A stretch of DNA of 64,000 bases from Myxococcales bacterium (GCA_043747615.1 JAYTOU010000051.1:1-64000); one strand, 5' to 3'. Positions 52,080 to 62,602 are shown, counted from the stretch's first letter. A program made the numbers and translations. Notes: generated by a model from the sequence alone, not told the origin.

Positions 52080-53004
52080 TCATTTTGCATGTCGCGTACA
52101 ACGGCATGTCGCGTTGGAGGTGATCATCCATGTTGGCAGCGTTTGAACGAGGGTGACCTCGCTTTCGTGAATGGCGACGTACCGATCCAAGTTGGCGGGC
52201 TGCCCTTCGACTCGAAAGACGACAGAACGCGCCTCGTGCACCGTCGTCACGGCATGCGTGAACGTGCCGACCGTGAAGCGTAAGTCTCGTTTCGCGAGAG
52301 CTGCTTCACCCGTCGCAAGAGGCATCGGCGCGATGGCGAAGATCGATTCGACCGGTGCATCGATGGTGCCGGGAGTCATGAGCGCGTTCCAAACGACTTC
52401 CGGGGACGCTGCCACCGTGATTTCGGAAGTGACCTCAGATGCCTCCGGCAGGCGCGGAGAGCCGAGAGTCAAGAGAAGGAGCACGGGAAGCGCACACACG
52501 TTGACGGCTGCAGGGAATCTTTTTTCGGGCCTCGTGATCGCCCATGCAGCGGTCGCTCCGAGCACGTTGAGCGGCACGAGGATGGGCGCGGCCATGAGAA
52601 CGCATGCCACTCCTTCAACACCAAACGCGAGCAAGAGCACGAGAGGGGGCTGTGGCCAGAACGAGGAAGAACGCGAGGTTCGGGAACGGCAGAAAGAAAA
52701 GCCCCGCCCAGAAGGGATGCACGCCCATGTCCCGCAGTCTGCGGGCCGAGAGCGCGGTGCCTGCTGCGATTAACGGCAGGGCGGCGGTCATCAGCGCCAT
52801 CCAGTACGCCGGGTGCTCTCCGAGCTTCAAAAGCGGGCTCACGCGCGGAGACAGGTACATGAGCAAGTTCCAAGGCTGATCGAACGCGACCGAGATGAGC
52901 CAGTCGAGCGGGTACTTCGCGGCAAAGAGCACCAGCCCTGCAACGAGGTACGCTCTGCGTGAAATCACGCCTTCCCAAGACCAAAACTGAAGCGCAGGTT
53001 TCAT
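52080..53004 (-). pseudogene. DUF805-like plus SRPBCC membrane protein, internally deleted
   Basis: WEGVISRRAY..ARRLRDMG..W switches frame near 52645 to EGVACVLMAAP..VTSEITVAASPEVVWN; C-terminus decayed. Confidence 0.65.
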
Positions 53005-53560
53005 GGCTTTCCTTCGCGCACGCGCGCGGCGATCGTCTTCAGGAGGTATTCGTGCTCCGCCTGGACGCCAACCTCTTCGAGCTTCGTGAAATACCAAGCC
53101 GGACGAAGCTTCGAGCTAATGGTGGTCGTGCGGGTCACCCGCGTTCCGCCGCCTTCTTCGGACAACGAGTACGACGCCGTTCGGTACTCGAAGACGTGCG
53201 CGCCGGGCATCTTGGCGGAGACGATCTTCAGCTCCAGTCGGTAGGGCGGCTCCCAACGGGTAACGCTCTGCTCGATCGATCCTGAATCGAAGTGACAAAC
53301 GCGGCGGCCGCCGTGGCCTCACCATCGAGGGTGCACTGTACGGGGACCGGGAGACCGAGGGCGAGTGCCGCGGGAAGGTCGCCGGTCATCGTCTCGAACG
53401 ACTTCAGCGCATTCCAAGCCACGGCGGGCGACGCGGAAACGATGATCGACGTGACGATGCAGTGGCTTCGCTCGGGGCCGCTCGGAACGAAGAGGCATGC
53501 GCCCCCTCCGAGGATCAACGCCGCGACGGCGACGAGAGAAGCGCGGCCTCGGTTCGTCAT
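53001..53560 (-). pseudogene. SRPBCC-family protein with a 1-bp frameshift
   Basis: IIVSASPAVAWN..PVQCTLDGE then shifts near 53318 to GHGGRRVCHFDSGSIEQSVTRWEPPYRL..TRVTRTT..LRPAWY. Confidence 0.75.
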
Positions 53561-53689
53561 CACTCGCGCGTTTCGTCGGCAATTTGGATCCTGCCGCTCC
53601 ATCGCGCGAGCCTAGCATCCCCGTTCTTGTCATCCGTTTGTCCGATAGGCCCGCGGCCCTTTACACTTGTCCGCGGCGCAAAGGAGTGT

Positions 53690-55327
53690 GTGGTGGGAAT
53701 AGTCGTCGGCGGAAGGTACAAGCTGGTTGGGCATCTCGGCGGCGCAGCGACCTCCGATGTCTCTCTCGCGCGTCAGGAAGCGGGCGGTGCGGGCGCAGAG
53801 TTCGTGGTGGTCAAGCGTCTGAAGCTGGGGACGGATGCCGACCCCGACCTCCTCACTCAGTTCGCGGGTGAGGCCCGCGTCTCGCTGCGACTGAAGCACC
53901 CGAACATCGTGAGCGCGCTCGCTGGCGGTGAGGACTCCGGGGGACCGTTCATCGTCTTCGAATACCTCGAAGGGCAGACCCTGGGGCGCATTCGCGGCCG
54001 AGCGTCACGGCGGGGAGGCAACCTTCCGCGACCATTCGCACTCCACGTCATCATCGCGGTCACGAATGGTCTTGGATACGCCCACGAGGCGTCGGGCGAC
54101 GACGGCAAGCCGCTGCGCATCGTGCATCGCGACGTCTCACCCGACAACGTCATCGTCACGTATGCGGGTGAGACGAAGCTCATCGACTTCAGCGTGGCGA
54201 CGGCTAACTCGGCATCGCTAGCGCGCCGCGCGGGAGCGACAAAAGGAAACATCGCGTACATGGCGCCGGAGCAGGCGAAGTCCGTCGTCAATATCGACGG
54301 ACGCGCCGACGTCTTCGCGGTGGGCCTCGTCCTCTGGGAGCTTCTTGCCGGCAAGAGGATGTGGGAGGGCACGTCCGAAGCAGACATTCTCGCGCGCCTC
54401 GCGGACGACAAGCCGCTCCCCAGCCTGCGGTCCGTCGTGCCCGACATCCCGGAAGAGATCGACGCCATCTGCGTCAAGGCGCTCGCGAAGGTTCGTGACG
54501 ACCGCTTCGACTCGGCCGTCGAGCTGCGTGAGGCGATCGAGAAAGCTACGAAGACCCTCGGGCTCGAAATGACGACGAGCGGCGTCGCTGCGTTCGTCGC
54601 TCCGCTGTTCAAAGACGAGCGAGAGAAGACGCGAACGATGGTTTCCGAGGCGCTGGCCTCGCCCGCCGACTCCGCTCACGCGTTGCCGAGCTTCCGCCCG
54701 CCGGCACCCGACTCCTCGGGCCTCTTGCCCGCCGTAGAGTCAGACCCCCAGCTCTCGGTCGACGCGCTGCCTGTTGCCGCACAGCCGGTTCGTGTGGAGG
54801 TGATCGAGATCGAGAAGCCGTCGCGCGACTTGCGCTTTCAGCTGCTCGTGGGTGGCGCCGTCCTCATCGCGTTTGCGGCCGTCGCCGTCGTCTCCCTCAC
54901 CCAGAAGGATACGAAGGTGAACGACGATCTCGCCGGGGTGCCTCGACGGGGCCGCCCCCCGGCGGAGCTCGTCGTGCCGGAGCCGGTGGTCTCCGCGGTC
55001 GTCGAGCCGGAAGAGATCACGATCGAAATTTCGGTGACCCCGCCGACGGCCCAGCTCACCGTCGATGGCGTCAAAGCGCCCACCTCCTTGTTCCGCAGGA
55101 AGGTCGTGCGCGGAAAATACATTCACGAGGTGCACGCCGAGGCCCTGGGCTACGAGCCGCGCTCGGTCAAGCTCGTCTTCGATCGGGAGCGCGCCTTCGA
55201 GATCGCGTTGACGCCTAAGCCGCAAGCGATTGTCCACGCGCGTCCGCCCACCACGCCGCCGGCCCCCGTCGAACCCAAACCGGACCCCGAGGTGGCGCCG
55301 CCGTCGCCGAGCCCCGCGACGCCCTAG
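53690..55327 (+). CDS. Membrane Ser/Thr kinase with a PEGA-like C-terminal domain
   Basis: AAGGAG RBS, VVVK, HRDVSPDN, DFS, YMAPE; TM; ISVTPPTAQLTVDG..EALGYEP. Confidence 0.9.
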   Translation: MVGIVVGGRYKLVGHLGGAATSDVSLARQEAGGAGAEFVVVKRLKLGTDADPDLLTQFAGEARVSLRLKHPNIVSALAGGEDSGGPFIVFEYLEGQTLGRIRGRASRRGGNLPRPFALHVIIAVTNGLGYAHEASGDDGKPLRIVHRDVSPDNVIVTYAGETKLIDFSVATANSASLARRAGATKGNIAYMAPEQAKSVVNIDGRADVFAVGLVLWELLAGKRMWEGTSEADILARLADDKPLPSLRSVVPDIPEEIDAICVKALAKVRDDRFDSAVELREAIEKATKTLGLEMTTSGVAAFVAPLFKDEREKTRTMVSEALASPADSAHALPSFRPPAPDSSGLLPAVESDPQLSVDALPVAAQPVRVEVIEIEKPSRDLRFQLLVGGAVLIAFAAVAVVSLTQKDTKVNDDLAGVPRRGRPPAELVVPEPVVSAVVEPEEITIEISVTPPTAQLTVDGVKAPTSLFRRKVVRGKYIHEVHAEALGYEPRSVKLVFDRERAFEIALTPKPQAIVHARPPTTPPAPVEPKPDPEVAPPSPSPATP

Positions 55328-55363
55328 GCACTGCGTCGCCTGGCGTTCCAGACGTCTGTCCGC

Positions 55364-56353
55364 TCAAGGCTCGGGCGGCGAGTCTCCGATTTCCAACGAG
55401 AGCCCGAAGAGCTCGTCGCCGTCTCGTTCGGCTACGCGGACGACGCGCCCTTCGAAGGGAATCTGCAGGACGCTGTCGGCGCCGATTACTCCCGTCACCG
55501 TGGCACCGAGCTTCAAGATGCCGCGCTGCGCGCGATCTCGGAGGCGAATCCCCATACCAATCTCGCTGTAGTTGATCGTTTCGAATGCGAATGAGATCCC
55601 GCCGCTCCAGACTTGGACGGGAATCGCCCCTCGAACTCGAACTGCCGCGCGTTGACTCGCATCGTGAAGGAGGACGCGAGCCAGACCACGCTTCCGCGGC
55701 ACGCCGTACGTTCTATGGGAGGGGAGCTCCATCGCCGAGAGCGTGCCGCCGTAGACGCATCCGGTGTCGAGGTTGATTCGGTTCGGAGAGATCTCCACAT
55801 TCGGAACGGGCGTGTGGCCGTGGACAATCACCTTCTCCCAGGCGAAGCGGCTGCTTAAGAATTTTTTCCGCGTCCAGAGCATCTCTTGCCAGGACTGGTC
55901 CAGATTGATGCCTGAGAGCGGCTCGTTTGGCACCCCGGCGTGTACGAAAAAGTGGCTCGCCGTGTCGTGCGAGAGTCTCAGAGCCTTGAAGAACTCGAGG
56001 TGCGCCTTCGGGATTCGATAGGCCCCATTGGGTTCCGCGTAGGAGGCCAACGTCGCGCCGCCGCCGTTGAAGATGAAGCGAGCGACTCGTTGCTCGTCTT
56101 GCCCATCGAGAAAATCGAGGAGCATCGACTCGTGATTTCCCATCAGCGTGACGACTTCGTTCGTCTTTCGCAACTCGATGATGCGCTCGACGACCGCGCG
56201 GGAGTCGGGGCCGCGGTCGATGTAATCCCCAAGGAAGACGACCGTGCTGCCTGGTGCGAGCGGCAGGATTCCAAGAAGCTCGTCGAGCTCTGCGGCACAC
56301 CCGTGAATGTCACCGATGGCGAACACGCTGGCAGCGCTCTCGGGTTTCAGCAC
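55364..56353 (-). CDS. PPP-family metallophosphoesterase fused to a C-terminal PilZ-like domain
   Basis: GDIHG, GDYIDRG, GNHE, HAG, HGHTP, LDTG; then QRAAVR (RxxxR) and NYSEIG (NxSxxG), GRVVRV. Confidence 0.88.
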   Translation of the reverse strand: MLKPESAASVFAIGDIHGCAAELDELLGILPLAPGSTVVFLGDYIDRGPDSRAVVERIIELRKTNEVVTLMGNHESMLLDFLDGQDEQRVARFIFNGGGATLASYAEPNGAYRIPKAHLEFFKALRLSHDTASHFFVHAGVPNEPLSGINLDQSWQEMLWTRKKFLSSRFAWEKVIVHGHTPVPNVEISPNRINLDTGCVYGGTLSAMELPSHRTYGVPRKRGLARVLLHDASQRAAVRVRGAIPVQVWSGGISFAFETINYSEIGMGIRLRDRAQRGILKLGATVTGVIGADSVLQIPFEGRVVRVAERDGDELFGLSLEIGDSPPEP

Positions 56354-56510
56354 GTTGGGTCAGCGTAGCGCGGCAGGACGGTGCGCAGTACGACAAACGT
56401 GGCTACGAGGCCGGGCGGTCCTGCAAAATCGCTCACTCTACGCGAAACACGCTCCGGGAGATTATCCAGGAATCGGCGGGAAGTATCGTCGTGAGCGATC
56501 AGCCGCGAAG

Positions 56511-57431
56511 CTAGAGGAAGACGGTGCGGCCGCACGGCACGTCGATCATCTGCGAGGGGTGGGCGGGGGTTTTTATCTTGTGCGTTCCGCACGCGAGGTA
56601 GAGCGCGCCGCCGATCACCTTTCGCGGCGTGCCGTCGACCAACACTCCCCTGACGGAGAGCGGAACGCGCAGAACGCCGATCTTGTCGGAAGACGTTCGC
56701 CCAGGACCGGGCTTCACGACGGTCTTCGGGCGCGCTGGTGACGGCTTGGCGACGGAGGCAACGGGGGCCTCGGGCAGGGCCGGTTCGTCATCGATCGCAG
56801 GCGGAACGGGAGGGAATGGCGAGCTCGTGACGGGGCCTGATGGTCCAGCGCGCAGGTCGTCCTGCGTGTGCTCCTCCGACCTCGGCGCCCTCATCGCAAC
56901 GACTCCCAGAATCAGTGCTCCAACGACACCGCAAACCGCGATCGCCGCGAGAAGCTTTCGCGTCGAGCCTGGGGCCGGAATTCCCGCAGCCATTCGGACT
57001 TGAACGGTTGACTCGGCGGGCGCGCGTGTCCGAGCCTCGACCCGAGGCGGAGCGCTCGGAAGAGCGAACGGATCTGCGTCTACCGTCGGAAGTAACGGCA
57101 TGTCGAAAGACGCCGGCGGGCGGAGAGATCTCGGGGGCGGGACCGTGGGGGTGCGCGCCGGAACGACCCCTTGCGGCGCGCGCGCTGAGCTCAGAGGAGC
57201 CTCGCCCGCCATTGCAACGACGTCGACCGGTTCGATCTCCTGGGTTCCGCCCTCGGCGTGGAAGCCAACGGACAAGATATCGGCGCCCTCGACTTCCGCG
57301 GTCTCCTCGGCGCTGGGGGTTCGCGATGAGGCAATCGAAATCGTGCGATCGGCTTGCGGCAGCTCGTTGGTGCTGTCTCCGTCGTAAGACGGAAGTCCGC
57401 GCGGGGCACGTTTGTCCGACACAGTCGTCAA
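56511..57431 (-). CDS. Pro/Thr-rich single-TM protein with a PEGA-like tail
   Basis: Low-complexity N-terminus, TM LLAAIAVCGVVGALILGVV, C-terminal VLVDG..CGTH.I..DVPCG. Confidence 0.7.
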   Translation of the reverse strand: MTTVSDKRAPRGLPSYDGDSTNELPQADRTISIASSRTPSAEETAEVEGADILSVGFHAEGGTQEIEPVDVVAMAGEAPLSSARAPQGVVPARTPTVPPPRSLRPPASFDMPLLPTVDADPFALPSAPPRVEARTRAPAESTVQVRMAAGIPAPGSTRKLLAAIAVCGVVGALILGVVAMRAPRSEEHTQDDLRAGPSGPVTSSPFPPVPPAIDDEPALPEAPVASVAKPSPARPKTVVKPGPGRTSSDKIGVLRVPLSVRGVLVDGTPRKVIGGALYLACGTHKIKTPAHPSQMIDVPCGRTVFL

Positions 57432-57665
57432 TCTAGCGCACGCATCATGGACCGCGGAGTAGATGTCCGCCCCGTCCGTTCTTGATCACGAAATAAGTGA
57501 CTCCAATGTGCGCGCAGTCGGTGCCTGTCTCATCTTTTTCGTGCCGACACGGAGTTCTTCGTTCGTAGCGAAAGCGCGACGATTTTGGGTGGATTTCGAT
57601 CGATCGTGCTTCTCGTGCATGGGAGAACGCAACCGTTGCACGCGCCACGAGACGGAGATCGCTCA

Positions 57666-58433
57666 ATGAGAATTCGATTCGGCTTCCTCAGATGGCTTGG
57701 TCAGGTGACGTCGCTCATCGTCATCACCAGCGCCTGCGGATCGCCGTCGCTGGACGCTAATGGCCATGCATCGTCCGGAGGCGGCGGCGCGGCCACGGGG
57801 GAACCCGGCGAGCACGTGGGTCCTGGAAGCCCCGGTTACATGGGGGATGCGAGCACCACGAACGAGGGCGGCGTTCGCCCGGGCACCATCGGAGCCCCGA
57901 TCACGTGCTCTGCTCCAGGCAACCCGACTCGCGGAGGGAGCTGCGGCAGCGAGCGCTGGAACATCAAGACAGGGACGGACTCCACCGCGAGCAGCGTAAG
58001 CCTGGTGCCGCATTCGACGACGATCGCTACGCTCGACGCGCTCGCCGCGAACGGCGCGGGCACCGCTCGCGAGGCGCAGACCGAGTCGACGCTCTTCGAG
58101 CTGAAGGACGTAACCCTCACCGAGATCAAGCTGGAGAGCGACAGCGACTACCATCTCGTGATCTCCCAAGGCGGTCACACCATGATCATCGAAGTACCCG
58201 CGCCGAGCTGCTCTACCGGGAGCGCGTGGTCGTGCTTCATCTCGCGAACGCGCTCCGAGATCGATGCAAAGTACAGCGTCGGCGCTTCTCCGCAGTATCC
58301 AGCCGAGACGATCACCGTGCGCGGCATTGGCTTCTTCGACTATGCGCATGGGCAGACGGGGGTCGCGCCGAACGCCATCGAGATCCATCCGGTCCTCCAG
58401 ATTTGCTTTGGCGCCGGCTGCACCCCGACCTGA
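57666..58433 (+). CDS. Lipoprotein with a probable OB-fold-like domain
   Basis: TSAC lipobox; CGSERWNIKT, ESDSDYHLVI, MIIEVP, VRGIGFFD, EIHPV. Confidence 0.75.
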   Translation: MRIRFGFLRWLGQVTSLIVITSACGSPSLDANGHASSGGGGAATGEPGEHVGPGSPGYMGDASTTNEGGVRPGTIGAPITCSAPGNPTRGGSCGSERWNIKTGTDSTASSVSLVPHSTTIATLDALAANGAGTAREAQTESTLFELKDVTLTEIKLESDSDYHLVISQGGHTMIIEVPAPSCSTGSAWSCFISRTRSEIDAKYSVGASPQYPAETITVRGIGFFDYAHGQTGVAPNAIEIHPVLQICFGAGCTPT

Positions 58434-58434
58434 A

Positions 58435-58896
58435 TTAACCGGCGTCCTCGACGAATACGGCAGTGACGGTCTCGAGCGCGCCCGTGTCCTCGTAGCCGAA
58501 GCCGTTCAGGTAAACCTGACCGTCGGGCATGCGTCCTTTGCGTGGCGCCGTCGATCCGTCCGCGTCGCGAATCAGCGACTCCCAGTGGTCGAGCTTCCAT
58601 CCCGCGGCGGGCGAAGCTTCCATCAGTGGGGGCTTGAGCTCCTTGAAGGTGACAAGCTTCGGGCCGCACGCGCCGGTGATCTTGATGCCATCGGACGTGC
58701 AGTCGAAGGCGCTGATGCGCGTCTTCACGGAGCCCCGACCAACGATGTGAATTTGAGCGCGCCAAAAGTGGTTGCGGGCCTCGTTGAGCTCTTCCTGTTC
58801 CTCTTCTTCGCTGTCCGAGTGACAGCTCTTGCAGCCGGCTATGGAGCTTGGCAACGCTGCGATGACAATCGCGAACAGGACCTGCTTTACATGCAT
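58435..58896 (-). CDS. Hypothetical lipoprotein
   Basis: IAGC lipobox; GRGSV..DC..C, PAAGWKLDHW, TVTAVF (InlB-B-repeat-like). Confidence 0.65.
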   Translation of the reverse strand: MHVKQVLFAIVIAALPSSIAGCKSCHSDSEEEEQEELNEARNHFWRAQIHIVGRGSVKTRISAFDCTSDGIKITGACGPKLVTFKELKPPLMEASPAAGWKLDHWESLIRDADGSTAPRKGRMPDGQVYLNGFGYEDTGALETVTAVFVEDAG

Positions 58897-59270
58897 CCGG
58901 TCGGGGGCGTTAGGTGACACGTGAGCCCGGTCGTGTCGCACCAGTAGCCGCCGTAACAACCATTGGGTGTACACGGTTTCGGCGGCGCGCAATGGCAACC
59001 CGCCGGGGTGGTCGGGCTCTTCCAATTCGGGGGGCACGTGGCCGACGAGTCGCCCGGGCTCGTGGAATCGGTGGTGGACATCGTGTCGGCCGCGCCGGCG
59101 CCGTCGTCGGCGATCACGGATTCGTCGCTCGAGGGGCCGCCATCGCCGACCGCCGCGGCTTCAGGCACGTCGCCGTCGGAGGTGGACGTTTCGACCAAGC
59201 CGTGTGCGCAGTTGGCTGTGAGGATGAGGAAGGCAAGGCCCATCGCTGGAGCCGCTCGGCGCACTTTCAC
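58887..59270 (-). CDS. Small Cys-rich lipoprotein
   Basis: TANC lipobox, D/G/S linker, Cys-rich tail; start uncertain (59270 or 59243). Confidence 0.6.
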   Translation of the reverse strand: MKVRRAAPAMGLAFLILTANCAHGLVETSTSDGDVPEAAAVGDGGPSSDESVIADDGAGAADTMSTTDSTSPGDSSATCPPNWKSPTTPAGCHCAPPKPCTPNGCYGGYWCDTTGLTCHLTPPTGCM

Positions 59271-59311
59271 GCCCCCTACGTGCCACGGGCCGTTCGACAT
59301 CGCAACTCGCA

Positions 59312-60157
59312 CTAGAAGGTCGTCCCGCCAACGGAGGCGATGACATTCCAGCCAACGTGGTCGCTAACGAGTCCCATGGTGGCCGGTCCGCCGGTGAGGG
59401 ATCCGAAGAAGCTCTTGGAGCCGAGAATGGCTTGTGGGCCCGCCGCGAAATCCCAGATGCGCCCATTGGAAAGGTACCTCCGACCGTTCACGCGTGCGCG
59501 GACTTGGCCGTCCATCCCGAGGCGGAAGAGGCGCGTCACGTCGTAGCCGATGCGCAGGCGCGCTTCTTCGTCGACCTCTCCGTCGTCGCCCATGCCCATG
59601 CCGGTGACGGCGTTGAGATCGAAGTGGAAACCGCCCGTCTTGGCGTAGGAGAGGAGAAACCCGGCTTCGACTTCGGTCTCGATTTCACCGGGCTTCGAAG
59701 GCGGTGTTCCTGCGCCGATGGGCTTGCCGTTCCCGAAGCCCTCGACTTTGAATTTGCCGAGGCCGCCGAGAGACCAGCCGTCTGCGTTCTTGCCGAGAAT
59801 GCGCACGACCACGGCTGCCGACGGCGCGAAGTTGCCATAGACGTTGCGCTGCGCGTCGCCGATGAGCGTGAGTCGATCGATAGGCGCGCCCCACATCATG
59901 ACGCCGCCGCCGAGGACGCCTTTCTGGCCCGACGCACTCAGGCCGAGCCCATACGCTTGTACTCCGAGCGTCTTCGCCGTCGCTCCGTAAGCGGTATACG
60001 CGTAGGCGTACGTCGGGACTTCGCTACGCACATCGGGTCTCTGCTCGCCGTGTACCGCATCGGCCAAGGGCTCGACCTCGGCGGCCGCGACAGACGCCCA
60101 GGCCAACGGCGCGAGCCCGCAAAGGCCAGTCATCACCCGCTTGCCGAATGAAGGCAT
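59312..60157 (-). CDS. Probable outer-membrane beta-barrel protein
   Basis: GGAG RBS, signal peptide, beta pattern, C-terminal Phe. Confidence 0.7.
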   Translation of the reverse strand: MPSFGKRVMTGLCGLAPLAWASVAAAEVEPLADAVHGEQRPDVRSEVPTYAYAYTAYGATAKTLGVQAYGLGLSASGQKGVLGGGVMMWGAPIDRLTLIGDAQRNVYGNFAPSAAVVVRILGKNADGWSLGGLGKFKVEGFGNGKPIGAGTPPSKPGEIETEVEAGFLLSYAKTGGFHFDLNAVTGMGMGDDGEVDEEARLRIGYDVTRLFRLGMDGQVRARVNGRRYLSNGRIWDFAAGPQAILGSKSFFGSLTGGPATMGLVSDHVGWNVIASVGGTTF

Positions 60158-60192
60158 GAAGTCTCCTAAGCCGGATTGCATGCTTGAACGCG

Positions 60193-61290
60193 TCAGGGGA
60201 ACGACGTGAAGAGATCGCTGAAATCGTTCGCGCTCGCTGCGCTGCTCAAGACGGGGACGCCGAGTATTTCTTCTTCGGATTTCAAGAGAGAGCTGTGGGT
60301 GTATGCGGCGGTGCCTTCTCGGCCCGCGACAGCGTTCTTGCCAATCGCGATGAACGGCATGAGGTTCGTCGCGTCGCCTTCGTCCCACGTGATGAAGACG
60401 TAGCCGTTGTGCGCCATCGCGTAGTCGATGATGGGCGGCAGGTTGGCCTGGAGCCAGTCGTCACCGGCCTTGATGTTCCCGGTGACCGAGTTGGCTTGCG
60501 GGCAGGCCGTTGCGCCATGCATGTCGTGGCAGAGGTTTGGCGTGATGAAGTTGTAGGTCGCGACCGTCTTGTTCGAGAGATCTGCGGTCAGTGCGTCCAG
60601 CGGCTTATGATGACTTGCGCAGCCCGCGTTTGCCGCCGACGGCGGACTGCCGGATACGTCTTGAAAGAAGACGAACGGGTCGTGCTTGGCCGCGTAGAAG
60701 CTCGCCCCCACGCTGGCGATTGGGCATGTGCCTGCGGTGATCCCTTCTTGGTAGCTCATCCACGAGATGCCCGCCGTCTGCAACTGCGTGACGAGGTGAG
60801 CGGCGCTGCTCGTGCTGTTCGTCGCTGAGGGATCGCTATCCGTAGAGAAGACGTGATCGTTGAACGAATTGCTCCCTGACTCCATCCACACGTAGTGTGG
60901 TTCACTCATGAGCGCGGGGAGCTCGTCACCGAAATTCGCCGTATGCGGATATGCGACCATCAGCGTTTTGTTGATGTAAGGCGCGTTGACCATGTCGCCG
61001 TAAATTTGCGATTGGGCTTTGTTCTCCATCGGGATGACGAAGATGACTTTGCCGCTCGCGCCGCCGTCTCGCTTGGGCCCGGCCTCGCCCAGTGAGTTAC
61101 CGTCGGTGGCCCCGCCATCGGTGGACTCTCCATCGCCACCGGCGGCGGCGTCCCCGCCATTTGCACTGCCACCGTCCGGGTTGAAGCCGGTCTGAGTCGC
61201 GCTGCTGCACGCCGCGGGTGCGGCGATCGCGATCGCGATAGAGGTGATGATGGAGAGAGTCGGGGTGTGAAGCCTCGGTCGCGAATTCAT
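60193..61290 (-). CDS. Phosphoesterase-family (alkaline phosphatase superfamily) lipoprotein
   Basis: VIPMENK, SEPHY, YAAKHDPF, ITPNLCHDMH, ITWDE, YTHSSLL. Confidence 0.88.
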   Translation of the reverse strand: MNSRPRLHTPTLSIITSIAIAIAAPAACSSATQTGFNPDGGSANGGDAAAGGDGESTDGGATDGNSLGEAGPKRDGGASGKVIFVIPMENKAQSQIYGDMVNAPYINKTLMVAYPHTANFGDELPALMSEPHYVWMESGSNSFNDHVFSTDSDPSATNSTSSAAHLVTQLQTAGISWMSYQEGITAGTCPIASVGASFYAAKHDPFVFFQDVSGSPPSAANAGCASHHKPLDALTADLSNKTVATYNFITPNLCHDMHGATACPQANSVTGNIKAGDDWLQANLPPIIDYAMAHNGYVFITWDEGDATNLMPFIAIGKNAVAGREGTAAYTHSSLLKSEEEILGVPVLSSAASANDFSDLFTSFP

Positions 61291-61429
61291 CTGTCGCGTC
61301 CTAGCACGAGGCAGTGCGCGCGCATGCGCCCCGCGATGCGAAATTACGAATCAGTCGTGAGCTCAACGAAGCGTGCGGATGGAGAAAGCAGACAATTCTG
61401 CTCCCACCGGAAGGCGCTCGAATTGCTGT

Positions 61430-61780
61430 CAGTTTCGCGATCAACGAACACGAAACCGGACATCCTCCAAAGGTGGAGTTGCTCGGAGAGACGAGTCTGA
61501 GGAGAGGGCAGCGACGGCGGACGCACGTACATGAGCCCGCCCACCACGTCACGGATCTCGCCGGACGAGACCACGCTCGTATTCATTCTCTACGTGACGG
61601 TCACGTTGGCGCGGGCCGAGAGCGACAGCGACTACCACTTAGGAATTCAAGACTCGACCCTTCGCAAAATGATTGCCGAGATTCTTTATCCCGGTGGTTC
61701 GGGGAAATGCCTCACTACCGGCAATCCTTGGGCGTGCCTCATCAGCCATGCGCGAGCGTGTGCCCGCGCACTTCGAGAAA
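61430..61780 (+). pseudogene. Decayed paralogue of the 57666 lipoprotein
   Basis: ETTL..VTVTLARAESDSDYHLGI..MIAEI..C..WACLIS; 20-nt identity GAGAGCGACAGCGACTACCA at 58134 and 61618. Confidence 0.75.
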
Positions 61781-61828
61781 CTGAAAACAATGATCAGAAG
61801 CTCGGCTCCCGGACATGAAAGAGGAATC

Positions 61829-62557
61829 ATGTTTAATCTGAACCGCCTCGCATTCGGTCTACTCGCCATCGTGGGCTGCGGCGGCAACTCCGTCGTTCAC
61901 ATCCAAGGATCCGGAGAGGCGGGCGCCGGCGACGACGCTGGCTCGAGCGACGGAAGCACTCAGGACCCCGATGGTAGCGCACCCGGCTCCGACGCGTCGA
62001 CGGCCAATCCCGACGACGGTGTGGCTTCTCATATGCCGTGCGTGCAGGCGAACGGCACAGCGGTCACCGGAGCTTTCGGGCGCCTCGACGGCTTTCTCCG
62101 CGCGGTGGTCCTTCCGAACACGGGGTGTGGCGGCGACGCCGACCACGTGCATCTGCGCGTCGAAGCGAACGGCCAGATCTACGATTTTGCGGTGAACATC
62201 TATTCGACGAAACCCCCGGCCTCGGACGTCTTCTTTCTCGCGAAGGACGCTCCGCTTCCGAGCGGCGCTTGGACCGAGGGCTGGCACTCGAGCGGCGTGA
62301 CCCTGGATTACCCGAGTAACCTGAAGGTCACTTCCGGCGACTTCACCCAGACGCCCCGCGCGCAGCTTGCGCCGATGATCGACACTGCGCTCAAGACTGC
62401 AAATCACATTTCCGTCTTTGCTACGCCTTATTCGGGCGGGACCGGCGGCGACAAGGTGCACCGAACTAGCGGCGGCGGGGACGGCGCCGTCGTCATCAAT
62501 CCGACGACCTCCGCTCCGCACTTTCTCCTGTTTCACTTCGTCACGCAGACGTTCTGA
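61829..62557 (+). CDS. Lipoprotein, remote DUF2278/YukJ-like
   Basis: GAGG RBS, IVGC lipobox; HVH, AVNIYS, LDY, VH..DGAVV, FHF..QTF resemble DUF2278. Confidence 0.6.
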   Translation: MFNLNRLAFGLLAIVGCGGNSVVHIQGSGEAGAGDDAGSSDGSTQDPDGSAPGSDASTANPDDGVASHMPCVQANGTAVTGAFGRLDGFLRAVVLPNTGCGGDADHVHLRVEANGQIYDFAVNIYSTKPPASDVFFLAKDAPLPSGAWTEGWHSSGVTLDYPSNLKVTSGDFTQTPRAQLAPMIDTALKTANHISVFATPYSGGTGGDKVHRTSGGGDGAVVINPTTSAPHFLLFHFVTQTF

Positions 62558-62560
62558 TCG

Positions 62561-62602
62561 CAAATAAAAAGCGCCCTCGTTGCGGTGTGCAACGAGGGGG
62601 CG
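62561..62602 (-). terminator. Rho-independent terminator
   Basis: Stem CCCTCGTTGC/GCAACGAGGG followed by TTTTTATTT on the minus strand, between convergent genes. Confidence 0.75.

Noticed and set aside
53310..53325. Programmed frameshift in the SRPBCC gene
   Set aside because: No slippery heptamer; a single lost G next to another decayed gene fits mutation or sequencing error better.
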